Assembly: GCA_033764015.1 (NCBI GenBank)
Contig: JANRJK010000036.1
Location: 256,001 to 320,000, forward strand
Direction of reading: 5' to 3'
DNA: 64,000 nucleotides
DNA from: Candidatus Sumerlaeia bacterium
GTDB taxonomy: Bacteria > Sumerlaeota > Sumerlaeia > SLMS01 > JANRJK01
Under the pieces are notes generated by a model. The model was not told where the DNA came from, searched no databases, and saw only the letters and a list, made by a program, of their open reading frames with translations. Of the stretch, positions 1-9,713 are shown piece by piece. Positions within the stretch are counted from its first letter, which is position 1; each line of letters starts with the position of its first letter. Position numbers and translations under genes: made by a program.

Positions 1-221
1 CGGAGGCACTTCTGGCAGCTCGCGGCGCGCGGGTATGGGAGCTCGACGTCGCCGCTGTAGAGGGGCTTGAACTGGACCATGCCGGCGCTGGTGAAGAGCA
101 GCGTGGGGTCGTCCGGCGGCACGAGCGGCGCGCTCGGCACCACGGGGTGCGGGAAGTCGGGAAGCGTGCGGAAGTATTCGAGGTAGGCGTCGCGGAGCTC
201 GGCGCCGGAGCGGATCGGCAT
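1..221 (-). CDS. alaS: Alanine--tRNA ligase, N-terminal fragment (runs off the left edge)
   Basis: Not in the ORF track. Manual translation of the reverse strand from ATG at 221 gives MPIRSGAELRDAYLEYF...VPSAPLVPPDDPTLLFTSAGMVQFKP...AASCQKCL, matching the AlaRS DPTLLFTxAGMxQFK and QKC motifs. Confidence 0.93.
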   Translation of the reverse strand, partial: MPIRSGAELRDAYLEYFRTLPDFPHPVVPSAPLVPPDDPTLLFTSAGMVQFKPLYSGDVELPYPRAASCQKCL

Positions 222-338
222 GGTGGGCGGAGTCGTTCGTCGGGGGAATCGTCGCGGGCGCGGGCCGATGCGGCGCGCACCCCGCGCCCAATCCCGGCGG
301 AGGGCGGCCCGGGGGTCAACGGAGACGCGGCGCGGGGC

Positions 339-1481
339 CTAGAGCGGCTTGACGAGGAGCGCCCGGTGTTCCGGCGCGATCCAGTCCACCAGCGGGAGCC
401 TGCAGAACCAGTCGCTCTGGAGGGTCCCCTCCCAGCGCTTGTACTCCGCGTCAAGATGGCCGCCTGGAATCGGGCTGCCGATCAGGAGCTTGCGAGCGGG
501 GCGCGGACGGAGCGCGGAGAGCATCGACCGGAGCTCGCCCTTGCCGAGTAGGCGGCAGCGGTCGTAGCCGGTGTGGGCCTTGCGCGCGACGTGGGCCTTC
601 ATCTTGGAGCGGGGCATGAAGCCCATGAGGTAGAGCCCGGTGTGGGGCTCGGGCGTCCAGATCATGTAGCGGTTCGGGGAGTTGAGGTAGAAGCGGCCGC
701 CCGGCTTGAGGATGCGCCAGATCTCCTTGAGCGAGGCGCGCTGGTCTGCGAGGTGCTCGACCACGTCGCGCATCATGACCGTGTCGAAGGAGCCGTCGGC
801 GAAGGGGAGCCGTTCTCCGTTCGCCGCCGCCAACACCGCGTTCGGCACATAATGGTCCATCAGGTGCCGGCGCCCGAGGAAGACCTCGGTGAGCGACGCG
901 TCGATGCCTACCAGCGTTTCGGCCCGGAGGCGCGCGGCGATGAGCTGGCCGCAGACCCCGCAGCCGAGGTCGAGCAGCGCGCCGAGATCCTTCGCGCCGG
1001 GCGCCGGGGCGGGGAATCCGAGCTCGGTGGAGTCCTTGTCGAAGAGCGCGAGGAAGTTCTGGCCGCGGGGCACCGAGTGCGTCCGGTTGTCGATCGCCGA
1101 CTGCTTGATCGCCACGGGCGTGCGGGAGTGCGTGTGGATGTAGCTCGACACCACGTCCGGGAACATCATCCCGCGCGACCAGTCGACGAGTTCCGCGACG
1201 TAGGCGCGCTCGGTCTCGGCGTCCTGGTACGGCGCGGCCTCGGTGCGGAGGTCGAACACACCCGAGTGCCAGCGGTACTCGGCGCCGCACGCCCCGCAGG
1301 CGAAGGGGTCTTCGCGCTCCTCGTTCCAGAAGTGGATGATGCCGGGGGACGCCTTCCGGCGGAACACCTCGCCGTCGAGTCGCTCGCCGCACGACGGGCA
1401 GGTGAAGCGAAGGCTGGCGAGGGCGGCGTCCTTCAGCGACTCCGCCTGCTCGAGTGTCATGGGTTCGACTTGAATCGACAT
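339..1481 (-). CDS. Class I SAM-dependent methyltransferase with N-terminal zinc-ribbon (Trm112-like) segment
   Basis: LLDLGCGVCG motif I, GERLPFADGSFDTV, VEHL, RILKPGG. N-terminal CPSC and CGAC pairs. G-rich RBS upstream. Confidence 0.85.
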   Translation of the reverse strand: MSIQVEPMTLEQAESLKDAALASLRFTCPSCGERLDGEVFRRKASPGIIHFWNEEREDPFACGACGAEYRWHSGVFDLRTEAAPYQDAETERAYVAELVDWSRGMMFPDVVSSYIHTHSRTPVAIKQSAIDNRTHSVPRGQNFLALFDKDSTELGFPAPAPGAKDLGALLDLGCGVCGQLIAARLRAETLVGIDASLTEVFLGRRHLMDHYVPNAVLAAANGERLPFADGSFDTVMMRDVVEHLADQRASLKEIWRILKPGGRFYLNSPNRYMIWTPEPHTGLYLMGFMPRSKMKAHVARKAHTGYDRCRLLGKGELRSMLSALRPRPARKLLIGSPIPGGHLDAEYKRWEGTLQSDWFCRLPLVDWIAPEHRALLVKPL

Positions 1482-1706
1482 CGGCTACCCCCCTTGATGC
1501 GACTGATGGGAGCACCGTATCCCGGAGGCAGACAACCCGAATGCCTTGAGGTGGGTGGGTAGTGCATGCGCTTTAGTTCGAAATCGGCCCCGGTGGCGGC
1601 TTGGGGGCGCGGGAAGCCCGCGTGGGAGAACGGCGAAGGATCGCGGCGATCCGAGCCCTTGCCGCCACATGATGGCACCGTTTGGATAGCCAGCGGAGAG
1701 AACAGG

Positions 1707-2606
1707 ATGCCGCCGGTATGGTCCAGCGTGTTCAGGGGGATCGACCCGATCATCGAGCGGGAGCGGCTCGAAGAGGACCCGTTGTTCGATGCTGGCGGCT
1801 GGGTTTCGGGTGATGTGCTGCTCCGGAGCGCGCCTTGGTTCCTGGTCGCGGGGGCGATCGTGATGTCGTCGCATTGGGCGCCGTTCGGAATCGTTTCCCT
1901 GATTGCTGCGGTCCTCCTCGACTATCTGCGCCGCCGGCGGATTTCGGAAACGGTGAACGGCCTGCGCCACCCGAGGCGGCCAAGCGAGATGTTCGGCGTG
2001 GACCGCTATGATTCGAGGACCCTTGTCGCGTTGTGGGAGGCGGGCGTCACCGGCAGCCGCATCGCATTGCTGCTCTATCGCGAAAGCGAGCGGCGTCGCG
2101 GCGCGCTGCTGGCGGTGCTGGTGGCGGGCGCGATGGCAACACTCGTCGCACCGGGAGCGTTGCCGTTCCTGCCGCTGTACGCAGCCGCGATCCCGATGGT
2201 ATGGTTCGGCGCGCACCAGACACCGTTTCCCAGGATTATCGAAACCCGCTCCGCTGAGGCGCCGACGGGCTGCTCCATGGCGAAACGGCGTCGCCGCCCT
2301 TTGGGGGCGCGGTTCGCGACCTTTCCATTCATCGGAATTCCGGAGGTCGACTTTCCCGCCTTCTTGCATGTTTTTGTCAGCCTTTGCATTGCCGGGGCTC
2401 TCCAGACGATTGTCGATGGGATCCGGCCCCACATGGTGTCTTGGGGGACCTTCGCACTTGCCGCCTTCGCCGTTTCGGCGGCTTTCGCCTACATGACAAC
2501 CAATGCCTCCCGCGAGCTGCTGGACTTCATCCTGCGCAAGCAGGACGAGCGCTTCGACGCCCTCATGCGGCATGAGCAGATGAAGGACCCCGACTGGGAG
2601 CGTTGA
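1707..2606 (+). CDS. Hypothetical multi-pass membrane protein
   Basis: Several hydrophobic helices. Start taken at ATG 1707 after GGAGAG; the ORF is open from 1566. Confidence 0.6.
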   Translation: MPPVWSSVFRGIDPIIERERLEEDPLFDAGGWVSGDVLLRSAPWFLVAGAIVMSSHWAPFGIVSLIAAVLLDYLRRRRISETVNGLRHPRRPSEMFGVDRYDSRTLVALWEAGVTGSRIALLLYRESERRRGALLAVLVAGAMATLVAPGALPFLPLYAAAIPMVWFGAHQTPFPRIIETRSAEAPTGCSMAKRRRRPLGARFATFPFIGIPEVDFPAFLHVFVSLCIAGALQTIVDGIRPHMVSWGTFALAAFAVSAAFAYMTTNASRELLDFILRKQDERFDALMRHEQMKDPDWER

Positions 2607-2659
2607 CCCCGCCGCCCCTTCCCGACACGCTGACCCGACCCTATCTTGGAGCCCCCCGC

Positions 2660-3142
2660 ATGGAGCGCCTCGGCGTCCTCTTCGTCTGCATGGGCAACAT
2701 CTGCCGCTCCCCCGCCGCGGAGGGCGTGTTCCTCGATGCGGTGCGCAAGGCGGGGCTCGCGGACCGGATCGCGGTCGAGTCCGCCGGGACGATCGGGTAC
2801 CACGCCGGCGAACCCGCGGACGCCCGGATGCGGGCGGCGGCGCGGGGGCGGGGCTATGCGCTCGATACGCCCGCGCGGCAAGTGGACCGGGGCGACTTCG
2901 CCAAGTTCCGCCACATCGTGGCGATGGATGCGCACAACGCGCGGGCGCTCCGCGCGATGGCGCCGGACGAGGAGTCGCGCCGGCGCGTGCGCCTGTTCCT
3001 CGAGTGGCACCCGACGCTCCGCGGCGGCGATGTGCCCGACCCGTACTACGGCGGGCCGGAGGGCTTCGAGGAGGTGCTCGATCTGGTCGAGGCCGCCACG
3101 CCGGCGCTGCTGGCGGAGGTTCGCGCCGGGCTCGACGCGTAG
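2660..3142 (+). CDS. Low-molecular-weight protein-tyrosine phosphatase
   Basis: VLFVCMGNICRSPAAE P-loop and VPDPYYGG acid loop. Confidence 0.93.
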   Translation: MERLGVLFVCMGNICRSPAAEGVFLDAVRKAGLADRIAVESAGTIGYHAGEPADARMRAAARGRGYALDTPARQVDRGDFAKFRHIVAMDAHNARALRAMAPDEESRRRVRLFLEWHPTLRGGDVPDPYYGGPEGFEEVLDLVEAATPALLAEVRAGLDA

Positions 3143-3190
3143 CCGCAACTCCGCGTTGCTCGCCTTCCGGGGGGCTGGTACAGGAATCCC

Positions 3191-4258
3191 ATGCCACGCC
3201 GCGACCCGCGCCAATCGACCATCGTCAAGATGGGCATGCCCCCGGGCACGCTCGTCTTCCTGGGCGACCCGGAGGAGTGCGGCGTCCGCGTGCGGCTGGT
3301 CGAGTACGACGCGCACCGGGTGGAGGAGCACGACATCTTCTCGACGCCGGAGATCGTGCCGTTCCTGCACAACAAGCGCACGACCTGGCTCGAGGTGGCG
3401 GGTCTCTCGGACATGGCGTTGATGAAGGCGGTGGGGCAGCTCTTCAAGATCCACCCGCTGATCCTGGAGGACGTGCTGAACCCTCAGCAGCGCCCGAAGT
3501 GCGAGGAGTATCCGGACCATGTGTTCGTGGTGCTGCGGCTGTTCGAGATGGACTCGTCGGGCTTGCTGCGCTCGGAGCAGCTTTCGCTCGTGGTGGGGCG
3601 CGACTTCGTGGTGTCGTTCTCGGAGACGCTGCACGATGTCTTCGCGCCGCTTCGCGAACGGCTGCGGAACGCGCTCGGCAATGTGCGCGGATCCGGGCCC
3701 GACTACCTTGCCTACGCGCTGATCGACATCGTGGTGGACCACTACTTCCTGATCGTGGAGCGGATCGAGGAGCACCTCGATTCGGTGGAGGACCGGCTGG
3801 TCGAGCAAAGCTCGCGGAACATGCTGGCGGAGATCTACCGCCACCGCCGCGACGCGCTGTCGCTCCGGCGCGCGACGCTGCCGCTGCGCGAGGCGCTGGC
3901 GGCGTTCGCGAAGATCCACTCCGTGGTGGTCGCGAAGGAGACCGCGCTGTACCTGCGGGACGCGCAGGACCACACGGAGCGTGTGATCGAGGCGATCGAC
4001 CACTACCGCGAGTCGGTCGCGACTTTGACCACGATCAACCTGGCGCGCATGAGCGAGCAGCTCAACCAGCAGACCAAGGTGCTGACGATCATCGCGACGA
4101 TTTTCATCCCGCTGACGTTCGTGGCGGGCGTGTACGGGATGAACTTCGACCACATGCCGGAGCTGCGGTGGCGCTTCGGCTACTACGCGGCGCTGGGGCT
4201 GATGGCGCTTGTGGCGGCCGGGATGCTGGTGTGGTTCCGGCGGCGGCGCTGGCTGTGA
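3191..4258 (+). CDS. corA: Magnesium/cobalt transporter CorA
   Basis: IHPLILEDVLN..QRPK, PLTFVAGVYGMNF (GMN signature), MPEL, two C-terminal TM helices. Confidence 0.95.
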   Translation: MPRRDPRQSTIVKMGMPPGTLVFLGDPEECGVRVRLVEYDAHRVEEHDIFSTPEIVPFLHNKRTTWLEVAGLSDMALMKAVGQLFKIHPLILEDVLNPQQRPKCEEYPDHVFVVLRLFEMDSSGLLRSEQLSLVVGRDFVVSFSETLHDVFAPLRERLRNALGNVRGSGPDYLAYALIDIVVDHYFLIVERIEEHLDSVEDRLVEQSSRNMLAEIYRHRRDALSLRRATLPLREALAAFAKIHSVVVAKETALYLRDAQDHTERVIEAIDHYRESVATLTTINLARMSEQLNQQTKVLTIIATIFIPLTFVAGVYGMNFDHMPELRWRFGYYAALGLMALVAAGMLVWFRRRRWL

Positions 4259-4334
4259 GGTCGGCTTTCCCGCTGGACCCATGATGCGCCGCGGCGCTTC
4301 CATGCTGCATCCCTTGCGAGGAAGCGGGCGGTCC

Positions 4335-5504
4335 ATGGCGGAGTACGATATCTGGGGCAACGACTCGGCGCAGGGCGACGGCGACGCGCTCCGCAAAATG
4401 CCGCTGTCGTTCGAGCACAACCGGCTGAAGGCGAAGCGCATGACGCTGGGCGACTACGAAGTCGTCGCCGCCTACGACAAGCCGAAGTTCGAGTACCACT
4501 CGCTCCGCCGCGAGGTCGGCGTCATGGACGTCTCGTACCTCACCTTCGTCCGGGCCAGCGGCTCCGAGCGCCGCGAGGTGCTGCATAAGCAATTGACGGC
4601 GAACTTCGAGTCCTTCCAGGAGGGCCAGTTGCGGCGCGCGTTCCTCCTCAACGACGCGGGGGGCTTCCTGGCGGACGTCGAGGTGGTCGCGCTTGGCGAA
4701 TTCGACCTGATGGTCGCGCCGCCCACGCTGCCGGCGGACCGCCTGATCTCCGCGATGAACCGCAACCTGCTGATGGAGGACGTGTCCTTCGAGGACACGG
4801 CGGACACGGTGACGGCGCTGGCGATCGTGGGCGAGAACAAGGGGTGGCTCGCGCGAGCGCTGGGGCTCGACTTCGGCCGCGGCGAGGAGCGCACGATCCG
4901 GCCCGCGCGCGTCGGGGGCCAATCGGTCCACCTCTTCCGAAGCGATTACTTCGGCAGCGCGCCTATCATCCTTTGCCGCGGCGCCGGCGCCTCGACGGTT
5001 TGGCAGACGCTCGTCGCCGCGGTCCGCGAACTCGACGGGCTGCCGGTTGGCCACGAGGCGTTCGACGCGTGGCGCATCGAGCACGGCGTGCTTTGGTATG
5101 GGCCGGACCTCGGGACGGATTCGACGCCGCTGGACGCGGATCTCGCGCGCTGCGTGGATTTCGCGAAGGACGTTTCCTTCCCCGGGCGCGAGGCGCTGTT
5201 GAAGGTGCGCCAGAACGCGGACCCGCCGCAGCGTTTCTGCGGCCTGATCCTCGACGTGCAGCGCCCGCCGGAGGGGACGATCCCCCTCCGCTTCTCGGAG
5301 GGTCTCCCCGCCGGGACGCTGAAGAGCGTGGGCTTCTCGCGCCAGCGGAACAAGTACGTGGGCGTGGGCCTGATCAAGTGGCGCGACCCGCTCCCCTGGT
5401 CGCCGCTGATCATGATGATGCCGGACGGCTCGACGGCGGATGCGAGCGTGGTGCCGCTGCCGTTCCCGGAGGAGCTGGGGATCGAGGAGGAGGCGGAGTT
5501 CTAG
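4335..5504 (+). CDS. GcvT/YgfZ-like folate-binding aminomethyltransferase family protein
   Basis: EY.SLRREVGVMDVS, LNDAGGFLAD, AWRIEHG..WYG.DL, FPGREAL. Confidence 0.8.
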   Translation: MAEYDIWGNDSAQGDGDALRKMPLSFEHNRLKAKRMTLGDYEVVAAYDKPKFEYHSLRREVGVMDVSYLTFVRASGSERREVLHKQLTANFESFQEGQLRRAFLLNDAGGFLADVEVVALGEFDLMVAPPTLPADRLISAMNRNLLMEDVSFEDTADTVTALAIVGENKGWLARALGLDFGRGEERTIRPARVGGQSVHLFRSDYFGSAPIILCRGAGASTVWQTLVAAVRELDGLPVGHEAFDAWRIEHGVLWYGPDLGTDSTPLDADLARCVDFAKDVSFPGREALLKVRQNADPPQRFCGLILDVQRPPEGTIPLRFSEGLPAGTLKSVGFSRQRNKYVGVGLIKWRDPLPWSPLIMMMPDGSTADASVVPLPFPEELGIEEEAEF

Positions 5505-5526
5505 CTCCCCTCGAAGTCGTCCAGGC

Positions 5527-7845
5527 TTAGTACAGCATCCAGCCTGTCTGGTCACTCGGCTTTGGAAGCGAGGCGATCCAGTCGGAGACGATTTGGACCG
5601 CCTCCTCGTCCACGAGGCTGGTGGCAAGCGGCGGCATTTGGTGCTGCGCATCGCGAGTCGCCATCCTAGCCAGGAGGACGGATCGCTCGGGCGAGCCCGG
5701 AGCGACGATGCGGGCGTTCTCGATTCCGAGCGTCGCGCTTTGGGGGGTAAGGTTCAGCAGTCCCGCATCCTCGTCGGCGGTCGCCCAGCGAAGGTCGATC
5801 TGGACCGGGGCGGGGCCACCCGGTTGGTGGCACATGGCGCAGTTGGCGGCGAGGTAGGCGCGTGCGCGATCTCGAAGCGGCGCGGTCGCGTCGCGGTAAT
5901 CGGGCATGCGGGGAAGGTCGGCAACGGGGCTCTCCAACGGCGCGTCGAAGAGGCTTACCCAGTCCATCGCTTCGAGTTGGTTGTCGACGATGCCGGAAGC
6001 GGGATATAGGAAGTCGCTATTGAGCGCGGCTGTTTCGAGGCCGAGCACTTGGTTCTGGGCAACAGTGTGGCAAGCTCGGCATTCGGCGGCGTTGGGGTAG
6101 TGCCAATTGTAGGTGTAGGCTTCGCCCGCGAGGTTGGTGCGGACAAAAGTGCGAGCCTTACTTGATGTGAGAAGAACGGCATCCGTCTCGCTTTCATTCC
6201 ACTCGTAGCTGTAGCCCTGCCAGTTGGTCCCATCCTTAACCATGATGCGAGTTTCGATGCGTTGCGCGGTTCCCTGCGGATCCCTGTCGTCCAACGGAAT
6301 GGAAAAGTTCTTGATGAGGATGGTTTTCTCCGGAAAATCCCAGCCCCGTTCATTGTTGCGTGTGATGGTCCCTAGACCGGGCATGGCCACGTATCGCTCT
6401 TTGATGGCACCATCGCTCCATAGCTGGGAGGAGGGGCGGTAGGGAATGACTCCGGGAACGAGGTGTCCATTGCCGGACCCCGCCTGTAGCAAGGCGGGTA
6501 GACTGCTTAGGTGGTGGGGAAGATCGGTTTGAGTTGGCATGCCGTTCGGTCGGATTACGTAAACCCCCGCGGGGCTGCCCCAACCTGCGTCGAGCAGGTA
6601 CACTTCACCGTCGTGCCCCCGACCCATTCCGATCGGATCGATGCCGCAGAAGGCGCAGAGAAGCTGATTCGCGGTAACCTGCGCACCGTCGAATCGGAAG
6701 CCGTAGATTCGACCACTGAAATCTGCATAAACAAAGGTTCCGTATAGGTCGGGGAACTCAGACCCGAGGTAGGGAACCGGACCAATGATCGCATTGTTGC
6801 CGGGTTCGTGCCCGTACCCCGTGATCGGAGGGACGAAGTTCGCAGGGTTGCACTCGAATCCGTCAAGGCCCGTGCAATCCATGCCTTCAACAACGGGCCA
6901 ACCATAGTTGCGCCCCGCCTCGATCAGGTTGATTTCCTCATAGAGATCCGCCCCTACATCACCAGCGAAGAGCCGACCCGAAAGCGGGCTAATTGAAAAG
7001 CGCCATGGGTTGCGCAATCCGTAGGCGAAAATCTCTCGACGGGTTTCCGGTCCGAATAGTTCGGTATCCGTGAAGGGATTGTCTGGAGGGATAGAGTAGT
7101 TGAGACCTGCCGCAGGGGTGGAGAGTAAATCGATTCGGAGTATCTTTCCCAACAAGCTTGACAGATCTTGCGAGGGCGCGGGAGGCGTGATCGAAGAAAG
7201 CCCGCCGCCGTCACCCACTGACAAGTAAAGCATGTCGTCCAACCCGAACGCTAGTTGACCTCCCTTATGGATGATCGTGGTTTGGGGGACTTCGAGAATC
7301 ACTTCGCGACTTGCAAGGTTGACGGACGATCCGCTAGGGGCATCATTTGTGAAGCGCTCCAGAATCGAAGATCCAACTTCAAAGAAGCTTGGGCCACACG
7401 CAGGGGTGTTGTTCACATAGTAGACAAGGAACTTGCCGCTGGTGGCGTAGTCCGGCTGGAAGGCCATGGACAACATCCCTGCTTCTCCAGCAGTGCAGAC
7501 CTCAGCGGAGAGGTCCAAGAAGACCTCGACTTCATCAGGCGACGGGTCCGGGGCGTTCGGAAATGCGTAGATCACGCCGCCCTGAGTTACGACGAAAAAT
7601 CTGGAATTGTCTTCTGGGGCCTGTAACAGCTGCACCGGGTAGATGAATCCGAGACGGGGGAAGGCACGGATAAGGGTGATCTCGCCCAAACTTGCCTGCG
7701 GCAAGGTGTTGATCACGAGGTCGTTGTTGGACGCCCGCGGTCGTACCAACCCGTGAGGTTCGCCTGCCAACGGCTGATTTACTGCGAACGACATCGCCGC
7801 CAAAACCGCTGCGGCGAAACAGGAGAGCTTTTGCATCATGGCCAC
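5527..7845 (-). CDS. Exported PQQ-type glucose/sorbosone dehydrogenase beta-propeller fused to a diheme cytochrome c domain
   Basis: Signal peptide. GEAGMLSMAFQP, HKGGQLAFG.D.MLY...GDGG, GKILRID, YGLRNPWRFS, GRNYGWP. C-terminal LWSDGA.KER, CRACH, CAMCH and MPP. Confidence 0.85.
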   Translation of the reverse strand: MAMMQKLSCFAAAVLAAMSFAVNQPLAGEPHGLVRPRASNNDLVINTLPQASLGEITLIRAFPRLGFIYPVQLLQAPEDNSRFFVVTQGGVIYAFPNAPDPSPDEVEVFLDLSAEVCTAGEAGMLSMAFQPDYATSGKFLVYYVNNTPACGPSFFEVGSSILERFTNDAPSGSSVNLASREVILEVPQTTIIHKGGQLAFGLDDMLYLSVGDGGGLSSITPPAPSQDLSSLLGKILRIDLLSTPAAGLNYSIPPDNPFTDTELFGPETRREIFAYGLRNPWRFSISPLSGRLFAGDVGADLYEEINLIEAGRNYGWPVVEGMDCTGLDGFECNPANFVPPITGYGHEPGNNAIIGPVPYLGSEFPDLYGTFVYADFSGRIYGFRFDGAQVTANQLLCAFCGIDPIGMGRGHDGEVYLLDAGWGSPAGVYVIRPNGMPTQTDLPHHLSSLPALLQAGSGNGHLVPGVIPYRPSSQLWSDGAIKERYVAMPGLGTITRNNERGWDFPEKTILIKNFSIPLDDRDPQGTAQRIETRIMVKDGTNWQGYSYEWNESETDAVLLTSSKARTFVRTNLAGEAYTYNWHYPNAAECRACHTVAQNQVLGLETAALNSDFLYPASGIVDNQLEAMDWVSLFDAPLESPVADLPRMPDYRDATAPLRDRARAYLAANCAMCHQPGGPAPVQIDLRWATADEDAGLLNLTPQSATLGIENARIVAPGSPERSVLLARMATRDAQHQMPPLATSLVDEEAVQIVSDWIASLPKPSDQTGWMLY

Positions 7846-8011
7846 CCTACGGCAACTTCGAGGATATAGTCGAACCCTTCCGCCGGTCGGTCAACGCAAA
7901 TGGACGGCGCGGTTGTGCTTGCCGCAGAGCCCGTCGCGCGCCGAACCAAACGGGGCCAAGTGGTGCGCCGTCTTATCCGGTGCAGGAAGCACCCCCAGTC
8001 AGGAGCCCGTC

Positions 8012-9625
8012 GTGTACCCCCGCATCCTCCCCGCCCTTATCGCCATCTTCGCCATCCTCGCGCCGGCGTTCGCCCAGCGCGACGCGGCCGGCGGCCCCGA
8101 CCGCACGCTCCGCGTGAACGTCGGCACTCCCCCCGAGACGATCGACACCGCCGTCATGACCGGCATCCCGGAGTCGCGCATCGCGAACTTCCTCCAAGAG
8201 GGCCTGGTTTCGGTCGACGCGGAGTCGAAGCCGCTCGCCGCCGCGGCGGTCGAGTGGGAGCACAACGACGCCTTCACGGAGTGGACCTTCCGCCTCCGCC
8301 CGGGGATGAAGTGGCACAACGGCGATCCGGTGACGGCGCACGACTTCGTCTTCGGTGTCCGCCGCATCCTCGATCCGCGCACGCAGGGCAAGTACGCCGA
8401 CATGGTGACGCGCTTCCTGAAGGGGGGCGCCGACTACTATAAGAACCGCGAGAAGACCTGGGACACGCCGTTCGAGGGCGTCGAGGCGACGGACGACCTG
8501 ACGGTGGTCTACCGGCTCAACTTTCCGGCGCCGTTCTTCCCGACCGTCGTGTCGCACACGAGCTTCTTCCCGCAGAACCGCAAGGTGGTCGAGGCGGGTG
8601 GCCGCGCCTGGGCCAACGATGTGAAGACCTACGTGGGTAACGGCCCCTTCCGCCTGGTGGAGCACCGCCTGCGCGACCGCATGGTGCTGGCGAAGGCGGA
8701 CACGTACTGGGACAAGGACGCGATCTGGATGAACGAGGTCGTGATCCGCATGATCGAGGACGAGAACACGGAGCTGGCGGCGTTCGAGCGCCGCGAGCTG
8801 GACGTGACGAACACGGTGCCGCTGACGGAAGTGCCGCGCCTTAAGCAGACGCCCGAGTGGTTCGTCGGCCCGTACCTCGGCACCTATTATGTGGCGTTCA
8901 ACACGACGAAGGCGCCGTTCGACAACCGCGACGTGCGCATGGCGTTCTCGGCGGCGATCCAGCGCGACGTGATCGTGGAACGCATCACGCGGCGCGGCGA
9001 GCAGCCGGGCTCGGGCATCGTGCCCGCCGGCGTCTACATGCCGGACGGCACGAACTACCGCGAGCGCGCCGGGCGCATGACGCCGGAGTTCAGCGTCGAG
9101 AAGGCGCGCGAGCTGCTCAAGAAGGCTGGCTTCGGCCCGGGCGGGAAGCCCTTCCCCGCGGCGACCTACACCTACAACACGCTCGAAGAGCACAAGATCA
9201 TCGGCGAGCAGCTGCAGAGCATGTGGCGCACGGCGCTCGGCGTGCCGCTCCGGCTCGAGAACGTGGAGTGGAAGGAGAAGCTGCGCCGCGGGCGCGAGCA
9301 GGACTTCCAGCTCATGCGCAACGCGTGGATCGCCGACTACGTCGACCCGATGTCGTTCCTCGAGATCTTCCTCTCGGACGACGGCAACAACGACGGGAAG
9401 TACAACAACCCGAAGTTCGACGAGACGGTCCATGCGGCGGCGCGCGAGACCGATCCGGAGAAGCGTTACCAGCTCTTGATCGAGGCGGAGCGGATCCTGA
9501 TGGACGACGCCGCGGTGGCCCCGATCTACCATTACGTCTCGCCGCGGCTGATCCAGGCGGACGTGAAGGGCATCGTGCAGGCCGGCGTGGGGAATCTGTA
9601 CATGACGAAGGCGCGGCGCGAGTAG
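8012..9625 (+). CDS. oppA: Oligopeptide ABC transporter substrate-binding protein (family 5)
   Basis: WTFRLRPGMKWHNGDPVTAHDFVF, GNGPFRL, PFDNRDVRMAFS, WIADYVDP. GTG start after AGGAG. Confidence 0.9.
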   Translation: MYPRILPALIAIFAILAPAFAQRDAAGGPDRTLRVNVGTPPETIDTAVMTGIPESRIANFLQEGLVSVDAESKPLAAAAVEWEHNDAFTEWTFRLRPGMKWHNGDPVTAHDFVFGVRRILDPRTQGKYADMVTRFLKGGADYYKNREKTWDTPFEGVEATDDLTVVYRLNFPAPFFPTVVSHTSFFPQNRKVVEAGGRAWANDVKTYVGNGPFRLVEHRLRDRMVLAKADTYWDKDAIWMNEVVIRMIEDENTELAAFERRELDVTNTVPLTEVPRLKQTPEWFVGPYLGTYYVAFNTTKAPFDNRDVRMAFSAAIQRDVIVERITRRGEQPGSGIVPAGVYMPDGTNYRERAGRMTPEFSVEKARELLKKAGFGPGGKPFPAATYTYNTLEEHKIIGEQLQSMWRTALGVPLRLENVEWKEKLRRGREQDFQLMRNAWIADYVDPMSFLEIFLSDDGNNDGKYNNPKFDETVHAAARETDPEKRYQLLIEAERILMDDAAVAPIYHYVSPRLIQADVKGIVQAGVGNLYMTKARRE

Positions 9626-9656
9626 CCCCGCACACGTCTCCAAACGAAAGCGAAGA

Positions 9657-9681
9657 GGCTCCGGCGCATGGCGCCGGAGCC
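9657..9681 (-). terminator. Probable intrinsic terminator between convergent oppA and the 9714 gene
   Basis: Perfect 11-bp inverted repeat GGCTCCGGCGC-ATG-GCGCCGGAGCC, followed on the minus strand by T-rich TCTTCGCTTTCGTTT. Confidence 0.7.
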
Positions 9682-9713
9682 CCATTCACATCACCCCACT
9701 TCGTCGAGTTGGC

